Part shown: piece by piece, positions 51,880 to 64,000 of the stretch
Numbering within the stretch: position 1 is the first letter of the stretch
Layout: each line of letters opens with the position of its first letter
Origin: Octopus vulgaris
Lineage: Eukaryota
Assembly (NCBI GenBank): GCA_951406725.2
Contig: OX597817.1
Location: 109,616,001-109,680,000, forward strand
Length of the DNA: 64,000 nt
Reading direction: 5' to 3'
The notes under the pieces: model-generated
Database searches by the model: none
What the model was told of the DNA's origin: nothing
What the model saw: the letters and a program-made list of their open reading frames with translations, nothing else
Translations under genes and position numbers: made by a program

Positions 51880-52809
51880 TGTATACTCCACTCACACTAT
51901 CAGAAACCGATGGCTAATCCACTAGTAATCCGTAGTGACTCAGCTGTGTCGGATACTGCCAAACTCAACATCCTAGTGGCAGACTTAGTTAGAGTAATGA
52001 GGAATGTATCACCACTATGCCAACCACAAGAACGACAACAACACATCCAGCACTACATATTCCGAATGCAACGTTCCGGATACACACAAGACGATAGAGT
52101 CAGGGTGTACAAAGGAGCGAAAACTAGATTCGAACGCATTCTAGGGAACGACGAAAACGGTATATGCCCCCTGTACCGCAACAAGTTCTGGAATAGGTTA
52201 GAGAGGGACACCAACAAAAAGATGAGAAACGTTACTTGGTACGATAACAGGAGATTTCACGGAGTGATGTTCGTTGACGCCACACCTATGAACGAGCTAA
52301 GTAAGGCATTCAAGAAAGTCCTGCGCACTACGTGCCTAAAAGTTAAAGTTGTAGAAAAGACAGGTAGGACTATCAAATCGGCATTATGCAGATCATATCC
52401 ATTTGATAGAATCACCTGTCAGAGTAATTGTGCAGTGTGTTCGACAAATCCACACGTAAATTGTAAAACCAAGGGCACTGTATACCAGATTAAGTGCCAG
52501 GAGGGAGCTTGCGCGGCTAACCCGGAGTCATACATAGGTGAGACCTCTAGAAGCATCAATGATAGGTTCAAAGAACACCTGGACAACTACATTGAAAGGA
52601 AGCCAAACTCCATCTTCTACCAACATGCTGTAGACTGCCACAAGGGATCCTTAGGGGAGCTTAAGTTGAACATCCTATCTACACATCCCACCGATGCAAT
52701 GTTGAGACAGGTCACAGAAGCTGTTTGTATACAAGAATACAAACCTACTCTCAACCGAAAGTCCGAATGGAATAACATCCAGATCCCATTCAGAAGGACT
52801 ATTCTATAA
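51880..52809 (+). mobile_element. 5'-truncated Penelope-like element: RT thumb remnant, Cys-rich linker and GIY-YIG endonuclease, uninterrupted ORF
   Basis: Upstream in-frame ILHSHYQKPMA; CQSNCAVC..C linker; GTVYQIKC..C..YIGETSRSINDRFKEH..H..H..RQVTEAVCI..PTLN, i.e. PLE GIY-YIG with a CCHH motif. Confidence 0.9.
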
Positions 52810-53768
52810 CCACCCCTCTCTCTCTCTCTCCCTTTCACCTGTAGCCTTACATACAGGTTGCAATGCGTATGTGCAGTTATATACAACGGTATGAGCAGAC
52901 GTTGTTTGATACGAACAGTTGCACCTAGGCGTTGTACCCATTCACGGTTAGACGGCGATGAGAGGAACAAACACACACCCACACACACATATATATATGT
53001 GTGTGCGTCTATACAAACATATATGTAAATATGTATACAACCTTCAGCTAAGTAACAGTCATGTACACAACTTGGACGGACACATGCCAGTACACGGACA
53101 TACGTTCACATACACATACACATGTACACACTCTCACGGACACATCTGCCCATTCTCCTAGACACTCACATACATACGTAGCACATGAATACAAACATAC
53201 ATACATACCTACGTATGGGCATACACACGTACATACGCACGTACATGTACACACACACATACATGGGCACATGCATACGGGCGCGTATACATACATACGC
53301 ACATGCGTACGTATGTACATACATACATACATACATACATACATACATACATACATACATACATACATACATACGCACATACATACATACATACGAACAA
53401 TAGTAAAACATTAGTTCTGTGATATAGAGATAAAAATCTGATAATAGATTTTAGGGTATAGTTCTGGTGAGCAAGCGTCATAAATTCACTTTCTAGCCTC
53501 GGCCGTAGGGAGTTGAAATTTGATAGCGTTGTGATGAGTGGTCACTCTACATCCATCCATCGCTACAGGTTTATAACTTTATGTTTTATAGAGTGTATGT
53601 GCGTGCTTATACACACACATACATATATACATACATACATACATACATACATACATACATACATACATACATACATGCATACACAGGCGTATGTGCGGAC
53701 ATGAATACGTACATATATACACACATGTATGCATACATACACACATACATACGTACATACATATATAT

Positions 53769-53999
53769 GACGAACTAACTGTTACTTTCTTAGATGCAGC
53801 ACGGACTTTGTCAGTGAACAGGTCGCGGATTTTAGCGACGAAAATATTTTGACAAATTAAACTTAAATGTTGGAGTGAATCGAACGGCTTTTGTGTGTTT
53901 CTTAAATGGCTTATAAACACCTCCCACGCTGCAATTGTTTTCGTTTCAGCACACGATCTCAGATCAAATTACTTGCTATGCGAGTACATCTCCGTAATA
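53769..53999. repeat. Probable interspersed repeat fragment (unclassified)
   Basis: Discrete higher-complexity block between a CATA tract and AT-rich PLE UTR. It resembles an abundant Octopus repeat end from memory only. Confidence 0.3.
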
Positions 54000-54662
54000 T
54001 GTTATATTGTTGAAGGTAAATATGTATGGAAGGATAATTTAAAGTACAGATCCAGAGGACTATAGATATAAACTAAATATATAAGGCTGGTAATATTTAT
54101 AAAGCCAAATGTATGTAAATGAAAAAATGAAAAAAATGAAAAAAATGAAAAAGGTTTATTAGTAAATAGCATAAGATACAAATTAAGGTGAGTACAAAGA
54201 AAGACCAAATATACAATAAAAACCTTCCAAATAAACACATACAAAAAACCTATATTCTCAACCTAAACACACCAAACTCATAAAAGGCTCTCCTATATTA
54301 CATATTATACAATAACATTACATTATCTAGAGCTAGGTATCTAACCAAGATATACATATATACTATGCAATATACTATGCAATATTAGAAAACTTCAAAA
54401 ATCACATATTACAAGGCAAATACCAAAATGAATATGTTATTTCCTGTCATATTGCATTTCCCTTAAAAAACAAACAAAAACCCACATACAAAAACAAGAA
54501 ACAAATAATACTAGACACATCTATTATTATTATACAAATGTAGCTATAAAAATTATAAAATTATAAATTTATAAGTTGTATACTTTAGAATTATAGAAGA
54601 CCACAGGTATAGTTAGTTAAAGAAGGGAGTTAAAAAATTAATAATAGTGGAAGTGCTAAGTT

Positions 54663-55680
54663 CTATTTGAATCTAGAAAAGGTGAACGGTAGCCTATGAA
54701 TGCAAAAGAAGTTTTTTTCATTAATGTTGTTAATAATTTGCCGACCTGCTTTAATAATGAAAAAAATTTCATTAATACATAGAGAGCATTTTTTATTTTT
54801 TCCATTATACACAGGTGCTGAAGTTAGTATTTTCCAGTTTAATCTAAAATCCAAGTTCTTACTTTTAAGTTCCCAAATATATGCACTAAGCCCTGTAGAG
54901 TACATTCTATTTTTATTTCTAAAAGTATATCTGTGATAATTCAATCTTTGTTTTATGCTATTCATAGTTGCTCCGATATACACCCTACTACTCAATTGTG
55001 TATCTACAGTGCATTGGTAAACTACCTCCTTCCTGAGGCATTGATTACCAAATACACATTTATTTTTGTTTCTGCAATTACAAAGATTAACAGAATGAGG
55101 AAATCTAAGATTGGTCTCCACCCCTATACTACCATTCACATTATAAGTGTTACAATTGTTATCATCATCCAAAACCAAAATCAACGAATGAGTTAATTTC
55201 ACATTATCGGCTATATTCCTATCACTAGTACTAGTAATGGTAGTAGTAGTATGATCTATTACATTTATATTATCTCTGACAGGTACGGTGCACTCATTAT
55301 TAGTAAGGGGGTTGTTCACATTCGTTCCAAGAAAGTTTCTGTTCCTATTATTATTAAAGAGGGGCAAATTTCCCTGGTCTAAATTCAATTTTCTATCCTT
55401 ATAGAAGTGATCCAGTTTCCTGTTATTAAAAGAGGAGATAATGGTGGCTAGATTATGAGTAATGCTATATCCCACTCTAACAGTACCGTTGTTAATTAAA
55501 GGACTAAATTTATTCATATCTTTACCAAAATGCCTAAATATAACATTATGCAAAGCTCTCACTATGTTTGTTTTAATCTGCATTGCATATGGGATAATCA
55601 ACCATAATGTATCCTTATCAGAATTAGGATTGCCTATAGAATTATTGTTATTTGTAAAAATCCTATTCCTATTCCTAGAC
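54663..55680 (-). mobile_element. Penelope-like element 3' part: second type of GIY-YIG endonuclease (CNC..C..C linker, C-terminal CxLC), ORF open
   Basis: WLIIPY..KTNI..RHF..GYS..NL..IISSFN; CNCRNKNKCVFGNQCLRKEVVYQC..YIGATMNSIKQRLNYH..STGLSAYIWELK..WKIL..CSLCINE..CIH. Confidence 0.88.
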
Positions 55681-56904
55681 CATATATATATTCCTAGACC
55701 ATATATATAAAACTTAGAAACTTAGATATGTTTCGACCAGAGATTGGTCCAGGCCATGTCTAACTTAATAATATGCATATATATATATATATAGAAAGGT
55801 TAAACACATACACCCAGAAAGAGAAAGAAAGAAAGAAAGAAAGAAAGAAAAACATAAATGTGAGCTGTTTCTGTTAGACATAGGACACACCTATAGCTGT
55901 GTAGCTAATATGTTCCCTTCAGCGCTATTTATTTCAGATTCGACCACACAGCTCGATGCTTTTGCCATTTGCCTTCTATCAGTCCTGCGAGTGAAATTCG
56001 GTACACGGAAAGTGGAAAACCTTTATGCGTGACCGTTCCAGTTACTGAGTGTTAATCTTAATCCGCCGGTCTGCTAAACATTAGCACCTGATCATTTTGG
56101 TTGACTTGAGAGGAATGCACTCGCGTCAGACCTTATTACACTACCTGTTTCTCATTTGTTTCGGTCATTTTGGTAAGGCTCAGGGGCAATGAACTACCTA
56201 ATCTAAACCAATAAAGCACCAAAAACATTTTCTGAATATATATACGTACACACAAGCACATACGCACACACCACACACTCACACACATACACACATATGC
56301 ACACACGCACATGCACACACGCGCATACACACACACATATTACATTTACTTTTAGAAACATCCAAGACAAAAGATGTAGGATAAATACAGCCTTTTATCA
56401 CGCATATATGAAGCTACTTAAATATAATTTAGATGAAAGCAGTACATATGATAAGCGCTTCTTCTCTCTCAAATTGGCGTAGGCTTACTGCCCTGATCGT
56501 GACAGAAGTGCTCTATATTTACTCTAATTACTGTTCCATCAAAGAACAATTTTTCATGCTTAACTTTTTCTCTCTCTTGGCGGTGGTAATGTGTCGCCTA
56601 ATCGCATTGCGTCTGTGAAATTCGTTGTTAATGTCAACCTTCTCGTGCGAAATGTACACATTTTTTCAGTACGGTTGGTAGTTACCACTAGCTTAATTGG
56701 TGGTGTTGCTAGAATTATCAAAATATTTTGAACATAATGTATATATAGGCGGAAACGTTGCTGTGGAAAAGAAGTTCTATTCCCATCCACATGGTTCCGT
56801 GTTCATTTCCAGTGCGTGGCACCTTGGATAAGTGTCTCCTACATAGCCACGCATCGACATAAGCCTAGTGTGTGGATCTGTTCAACGGAAACTGAAAGAA
56901 GCCC

Positions 56905-56950
<46 letters not shown>

Positions 56951-56951
<1 letters not shown>

Positions 56952-57234
56952 GATCGTGGGTAAGACCAAAACAATGCGAAGTAAATGCAAGGTAAATCAC
57001 AAGGAAACAAATATGTGAATTAGCTAGCTGGTTGCTATAGCAACACCTTTCAGCGCATGTCCACTCCACACACGTTCACGCTAATGCACATCGACAACAT
57101 TCGTCAATTTCTTGAAAATGGGGTCATAACACCGAAATATTGAATACAAGGTAAGTCTACTTTAATTCACGTATTGGTTTTCTTGTGATTTACCTTGCAT
57201 TTACTTCGCATTGTTTTGACCTTACCCACGATCC
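56951..57234. mobile_element. Fold-back element with ~72-bp inverted arms and a variant hammerhead-like motif in the spacer
   Basis: 56951-57022 is the reverse complement of 57163-57234. The spacer has CUUG AAAAUG GGGU-caua-ACACC GAAA UAUUGAAUA CAAG (57111-57150). (TA)n on the left. Confidence 0.65.
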
Positions 57235-57289
57235 GTTATACAATATATTCTACACAATGCTTCATAGTAATTATTTCATTATAATATAT

Positions 57290-57374
<85 letters not shown>

Positions 57375-57383
57375 ATAAAACTG

Positions 57384-57631
57384 AAGGGGTTAGAGTGAAC
57401 TTGCCGTGAGGAGTGGAATATCCACCGTTTCGGATTCAATCCTTCGCCAGGAGGCAGAGAAAGAGAGAAGAGGAAGAGAAAAATCCTCTCAGCCAGTTTT
57501 TCAAGCTGAGAGGCTGTAAATTCTGTCTGACTTTTTTCTCTTTCTCTTCTCTCTTTCTCTGCCTCCTGATGAAGGATGAATTCTAAACATTGGATATTCC
57601 ACTCCTCACGGCAAGTTCACTGTATCCCTTC
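57384..57631. mobile_element. Fold-back element with ~100-bp inverted arms, each carrying a damaged hammerhead-like core
   Basis: 57384-57483 is the reverse complement of 57532-57631. The right arm has CTGATGA (57566-57572) but TAAA; the left arm (minus) has GGAU-uga-AUCC GAAA but CUGGCGA. Confidence 0.7.
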
Positions 57632-58044
57632 CACTTTTTTCCCTATTTTTTCAAGTCTTGCCGACGCAGTGCTACTAGATTATTGCCTAATCATATATAT
57701 GTATGTGTGTGTACGTGTATGTGTGTTTGTGTGTGTGTGTGTATGTGTGTGTGTGTGCGTGCGTGCGTGTGCATACACACATTCATAGATACATACATAT
57801 ATTCATCCGCACACGCACCATAAATGCATTATTCGTACATACGTACACTCAAAAGTATTTACAAGTACCTACCTGGAAAAGGCAAATCGCATACTAGTTA
57901 TGGTGGGTAGAACCAGGGCATAAAGTACAACGTGGAAAAGGAAAACATTATATGGTGACAATGTACAGGAAGATATTGATAATAGGGATATTGTTATTGT
58001 GATACGAATAAGGAGGGGCGCTAGTGCTGGTGGGGGTTAAATAA

Positions 58045-58633
58045 CTAGTATTTAGAAAAAGTGTGCTTGGTCTTGTGAAGGCAGGAAGCATTTCTCTCCT
58101 TAAGAGAATTAACAAGCGGAAGGTTGGCTTTAATCGTGAAAACAATTTCATTTACACATAACATACATATCCTATTCTTTGTACTATACCCTGGTGCTGT
58201 GGTTAAAATCTTCAAATGTAGGTAATACACAATTCTCTAATCCTTAAGTTCCCATATGTAGGTGCTCAATCCCGTTGAATTTCTCCTATTTCTGTTTCTA
58301 AAGGTGTATCTATGGTGATTCTGGGTTGCTCCTACATATACCATATTACCAGATTGCGTACTTACTACACATTGACATACTACTTCATTTCTAATTCAAT
58401 TATTGTTGAATACACAATTCCTGCTAATTCTACAATCACAGGTTCTATATAGCTCTGTGGGGGTAATATTGTGGGTAGTATTAGGTATTGCATTATTGGT
58501 GCTGTGGCTATTGTTGATACTAATAATGATGTTGTTATTAATTTTGAGATTGCTCGAATCACTATCAATGTTATTATTATTGTTGTCATTACTATTATTA
58601 TTGTTGATTTCAATATTTTATTATTATTGTTTA

Positions 58634-58681
<48 letters not shown>

Positions 58682-59330
58682 CACAATCATCGTCACCAAC
58701 CCCGCTATTACTACTATTATTACCATCATTACAATCATTATTGCTGTGGCTATTGTTATTACTAGTGTGTATGTTACTGTTGTTATTTTTTCTACTTAAA
58801 TAGGTTCCCAGTTTTCTTTTGTTTATTGAGGAGATGATGGTAGCCAGGTTATGTGTTAAACTGTATCTTATTCTTATTGTTTTGTTATTAATAATCTCCC
58901 AGTATTTGTTCTTTTCTTTTTATAAAATGCTTGTTAATTAATCTAAATATTGTTTTAACTATGTTATTCTTAATTTATATAGCGAATGGGATGATTAATC
59001 AAACAGTGTCTTTTTCATTATTTTCGTGATTGTTTTTTTATGTTATCTGTATTGTTACTGTTTTTATTATTATTATTATTATTATTATCATTATTATAAC
59101 AATTATTATTATTGTCATTATTGTTATTATTATTAATGGGTCATTTTTTTTATATTTCTAATACTTCTATTGTTATTTTTGTACCTATCTTTGGCAGCGT
59201 TGTAGCTGCCACAATCACTGGGGCTGGTAGTAGTTGCCTTATCGGGGCTTTTATAGTTGTTGTACCTCCGTTTCCTCCAATTTCCACGTTTACCGTTAGG
59301 ATTTATAGGAATTCAGAGACTTGTTGATAT
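58045..59330 (-). pseudogene. Degenerate Penelope-like endonuclease region paralogous to 54663-55680, with an (AAT)n expansion
   Basis: EKDTV*LIIPFA, YSLTHNLATIISSINKRKL, YVGAT, NSTGLSTYIWEL and KILTTAPGYSTKNRICMLCVNEIVFTIKA..CLHK; stops and frameshifts present. Confidence 0.82.
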
Positions 59331-59413
59331 GCAAAAAAATTAACGAACACTAACATCGCATGGAATGTCTACCGTGTGATGTATGTCGTTTTGTATACTC
59401 TTTCTTATTTGCC

Positions 59414-59455
<42 letters not shown>

Positions 59456-62400
59456 CAGAGGAGCCTTCTTATTTGTCTCCCATCCCTGTTTGACAACCGG
59501 TGTTGGTTTACGTCGTCATAACTTAGGCTTTCGGCAAAGGAGTTTGACAGAATAAGTTTAAGTTTAAGAAAATAAATACCGGGGTGGAATTTCTCAACTG
59601 AACCCTTCAAGACGGTGTCCCTACATAATCACAGTCCAATGATTGAAACAAGTAGAAAAATAATTGTAAAATGAATTATATCTCCATAGATTGAAAGCTA
59701 ACAACTGTGGGCAAAGAAGAAAAAACAGGGAAATCTTAATACTGAAAGGCAAAATTATAGACAAGCTAAAGAGAAAGAAAATGAATCTGAAAGTGACAAA
59801 TAACAGTCCGTGTTAAAAGTTCACATAACTGTGTAGTAGACTGGCATGTCCAATGTTTGACAAAATCAGTAAAAGCGAAGAGGAAGTTAGTAAAGGGAGA
59901 AAATCTAAGGCTTTTAAAACACGCCAGTAACAAATATTTAATTGTTGAAATTGTGCCAGTGACCAGGTCTCAGATGCGATAAAAATGTTGACAACTCGAG
60001 AAATAAATCGAAAAATTAATATCATGTAAGTCTTGTACCATTAGCTGGCTAGGATACCTTTTCCATAATTTAATTTCTTAAAAACATGATTTTTAGGCAT
60101 ATTTTTAATATACATAGTGAGAGGCAGTATATTTGGCGGGAACACTGCTACACATACTGGTAACTAGATTAAAAAATTTGAACCCCTCGCTGGATGAAAT
60201 AATCAATTTGTAACTTTTTATTTATTAGGATTTTCATATTTGCAAAAATATCAAATCACGTTTTTTTCATATATTCGTAACATTTTCTGGGAATTTGTCT
60301 TTATATTTACTTCTTTATTAATTAATATATTTGTGTATTTAGTTATTTTATGTCACAAATGGTGGTTAATAGCATTGTTCGTTTTAGGCTTCCAATGGTT
60401 TGGCCATTGGTTAACAATATTCTCAATGGCGAGATTAACGCTTTTCAGATTGAAATGGGTCCGAAAAAGTATTGCAATTCACTTCGATCCGAAAGCAGTG
60501 TTTTGGGGATTTTGTGTCGATGTTTCATTGCTCGTGTGCATCAGTGAAAGATGCTTATACACACATCCAATTTATACACACACAAATATATACAGGAAAA
60601 CCGCTAATTATGATTACTGGCAAGGAGCCTTTAATATAACAATTAATGCTTGATAACTCTAGCAATAATTGAATTGATAACATTATCTACAAATAAACAC
60701 ATGGTTTTAGACAATACCTGAAACCTGTTCGCAGATTCTAGCCTGTTAATATTTTTGCCTCTTAAAGGTCAACGTTACCATAAAGCTTAGTGCAAAATAA
60801 GAAGTCCTTACATGGTCGTCTGATCTTCAAGAAATAACGGCCAAATTTCCTTTAAATCACTTCCTGCAACATGCAACAGAGAAAGAAGGTTGAGATACTT
60901 CTAGATATATTATCTGGAGAAAGAAATAGAATGGCCATGGATGGAATGCCTCTGGTCATAATTATGTTGGTCAGGCCCGATCTGAGGATAAAACATATAT
61001 TCTGTAATAAATAAAATTAAATATGGATAACTGGAGATATAAAACATGAACTAATTTTCTTTAGCAACATGCTAAAGAAGAATTAATAATTGCATGTATG
61101 TACGCGCGCGCGCGTGTGTGTGTGCGTGTGTATGTGTACGTGTGTGTGTGTGATGAGACATATTCCTAATTAGAGATAAAATCAGCAGCACTGAAGCTTG
61201 TTGACCGTGTAACCATGCATATGTTTTACTTGTGTTTTCTGCGGCTGCCGAAGTGAAAGTTTTCATCGATCTCGCTAGTCTCGGAGGGCCTACAAATGTC
61301 ATAGGTATAATACCTTCCTCCAGGTCAAACCCATAAAAATGTAATAAAAATAATTTTATTATTTATAAACACCAGATTGACGAGTAATTTTGTGGGGTGA
61401 GAGGGAGATCTTGTAATTCATATATATTTGCAGAAAAGTATCTTTCCAACTAATCGCAAATTCACATTTCAGCGCTTTCCGCTAATCATCTTGGGACTTG
61501 AATAATAACAGACAAATTAAACAATAGTTTATGGGATATATTAATTTACCGCATTATACTTTATTATATTTTCATCTAATGTTTATAAGCTTGGCGAAGA
61601 AAGATACTGCTAAAGGGCAACCGAGGTTATAATTACGTTTTAGAATGCGTCCCTTGTGAATACATACTATTTGATAAGTGTTACAACAGTATTTCGTTAA
61701 TGATGTAATAAATGCGACAACGAAAATTTTGTATTGAGAAGTTTTCCGCAGTAAGTATTATTTTGCCTCCTATCCAATTATAATTGATTTAAAACGTTCT
61801 TACTTCTGAGCTTCGATAAATATTTTCATAATTTTCCACATGAAAGTCTACTTCTAATCATCGCACCAATCTTATCGTGATGGTAAGATTTTTGATATTG
61901 GTTATGACCCTTCTAAATTCTAAATGGAAATAATTGAATCTCTTCTATGATTTTATCAATTTATAATGCATATTGAAAGGTTTCCTAAAAGACTTGTGAT
62001 TATATCTGGATAACATGCCAAGAGCATAACTGTTATTTCTGTCTCTGGAAACCAATATTTCATCAGTGAAAAACTAGATTGCGTTTGGTTTGGTTACCAA
62101 CATATTGATGTCTGATAAGTTTTCAGTGAAAATGTTTGCATCACACCATTTAATAAACAGTTGAATTCAATGATTGTAATGCTGCTGTCAAAGCGATGGA
62201 GCTACAGATTTGCTGAAATGTGCCAAATTAATTTTCATGATTGACATAATTAAGTATTGACATGAAGTAATTAAGAGCTACCGTCACAAATCTGCAATTT
62301 AATGTCAGAATCCATATTGACTATAAAATTCATATTGGTATCTGCAGACTATTATAAAGAGTTAGAACTATTTCAAAGAGGAGCTTAACTTCTTATTTAA

Positions 62401-63249
62401 ACTGAGTCTTTCTCACAAGTTCTGCAACAAAATTATCATGAAACACTTCTAATATAACTTAAACTTAATGTCTCTCATTTTATAGAAGCAAACAGTATTA
62501 TGATTTGTGAATTGTTCTATATATATAAAGTTCGTAAAAGCCTCGGTCTTTTATTTAAAAAAAAGGAAATATAAAAGGAATAGACATGTCTTTTAATCTA
62601 GAGCAAAGCATTGAGAGATTTGTTTTCTTTTGCAGTGAATCAAAGGTTCAAAGTATTATTTACTTGGAGAATCCTTAGTTATAAAACAATGTTTCAATTT
62701 GCTCTGATACGTAAAATATTATTGTCATAGTTTTTTTTTTTACAATCCTGCACTGAACTTTAAAATTACAGCTTCCCTTTTTTACCCCTTAACCAAGACA
62801 ACTTTCATATATATATTTAAGGTAAATAATAGGTAGTATAACTTTATTTGATCTCTTCTGATTTCTCATCAGGAATCAAGAAAAGTCACTTAACAGTTTG
62901 TAGTTGATTAGTGTCTGTATAAAATGGCTGACTCTTCCCATTTACTTGATTTGTTAAACGCTATCGACTTAGTATACTCATCCAACCAGTTATTCTTTGT
63001 ATTGTTATTTTATTGAATAGCAAGTTTAGTTAACAACCTCACTCGATCTCAGTATAACTATTTGGCAAACAGTAAAACATATTTCTTGTATTTATGTGAA
63101 GCTTGTTTACTTCCTACAAGGCTTTTGTACCTTCTTAACAATATCTATAAACTAACATTCTTCTTGTTAGGGTCTAATCACGTCGATATATTGTGCTTTC
63201 ATTCTTTGTACGCCATCATATCACTCTATTATCACATCAATTATTGATA

Positions 63250-63469
63250 GGGCGGCGAACTGGCAGAATCGTTAGCGCGTCGGGCGAAATGCTTAGCGGT
63301 ATTTCGTCTGCCATTACGCTCTGAGTTCAAATTCCGCCGAGGCCGACTTTGCCTTTCATCCTTTCGGGGTCGATTAAATAAGTACCAGTTACGTACTGGA
63401 GTCGATGTAATCGCTTTATTCTTTTTGTCCCCTCTATGTTTCGCCCCCTGTGGCCAATAAATAAATAAA
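63250..63469 (+). mobile_element. Full-length SINE type 1 (tail A variant) with 20-bp TSD
   Basis: TSD tatcacatcaattattgata at 63230-63249 and 63470-63489; complete head ggcggcgaactggcagaatcgttag. Confidence 0.93.
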
Positions 63470-63519
63470 TATCACATCAATTATTGATACATATACACGA
63501 ATATCTACATATCTATAAG

Positions 63520-63554
<35 letters not shown>

Positions 63555-64000
63555 ATTTATATATACATATAATTTTATATATACATGTGTATAATACCTG
63601 ATATCGTATTCGTAGTGTGATGCTTCTGTCTACCAACGATAATATAGTACACGAAGAAAGAATCATATACTATCAGGAATATTCAAAGAAGCAACACGAT
63701 TCGTCTAAGTCAAAGGATAAACCATATTTCAGAAAGTAGTTTACTTCATTAAACAATTTTATCAGAAAATCGAGCAGTCAGTCATACATAATATCAGTCA
63801 AGATATCAGTCACAATAGTTTCTTTTTCCATTTATAGAAGTACAAATTATTTGGGGAGCTGGGTATCTCTTAGTTTCTACAAATATTCACTGGAATGCCA
63901 TAAGTAAATAAATAAATTTCCTCATTTCTTACATCTTGATCTTTCAAGAAATGAGTGTATATACGCAGGCATTTCAAGTCAAGTACAACTATTACAACTG

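Noticed and set aside
51910-52809. Host nuclease gene (UvrC/Slx1-like) or selenoprotein-type PLE
   Set aside because: The motif set and upstream thumb remnant fit a 5'-truncated Penelope-like element, and there is no in-frame TGA in the ORF.
60340-60560. Possible THAP/P-element remnant on the minus strand
   Set aside because: Only scattered residues (THF, NAI) in different frames, with no intact C2CH signature.
61850-62460. Possible decayed DDE transposase
   Set aside because: Could not recover ordered catalytic motifs by manual translation.

Overview
AT-rich, microsatellite-dense eukaryotic DNA. The SINE families and repeat style resemble those of Octopus (coleoid cephalopod), but this comes from recall, not a search. 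No complete host gene is visible and most ORF-track entries are microsatellite translation artefacts. One plausible first coding exon lies at 24693-24788 (+). The rest is transposon-derived: a degenerate R4/Dong-like LINE interrupted by a MULE (Ricksha-like) MITE, a CR1-type LINE, a broken mariner, an RTE-derived short element, an older LINE RT fossil, three tRNA-derived SINE types (about 40 copies, many in same-strand arrays) and at least four Penelope-like GIY-YIG endonuclease fragments of two types. The most striking unexplained layer is a set of type I hammerhead-ribozyme motifs with palindromic stem III, two with very long stem II (50295-50418 minus, 33049-33143 plus). They sit in short (TA)n/(GATA)n-flanked modules that often form fold-back inverted repeats, some centred on hammerhead stem II. 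This suggests a Penelope pLTR/retrozyme-like family of non-autonomous ribozyme elements. Two LINE-SINE 3'-tail partnerships and a SINE-LINE chimera are also readable in the window.
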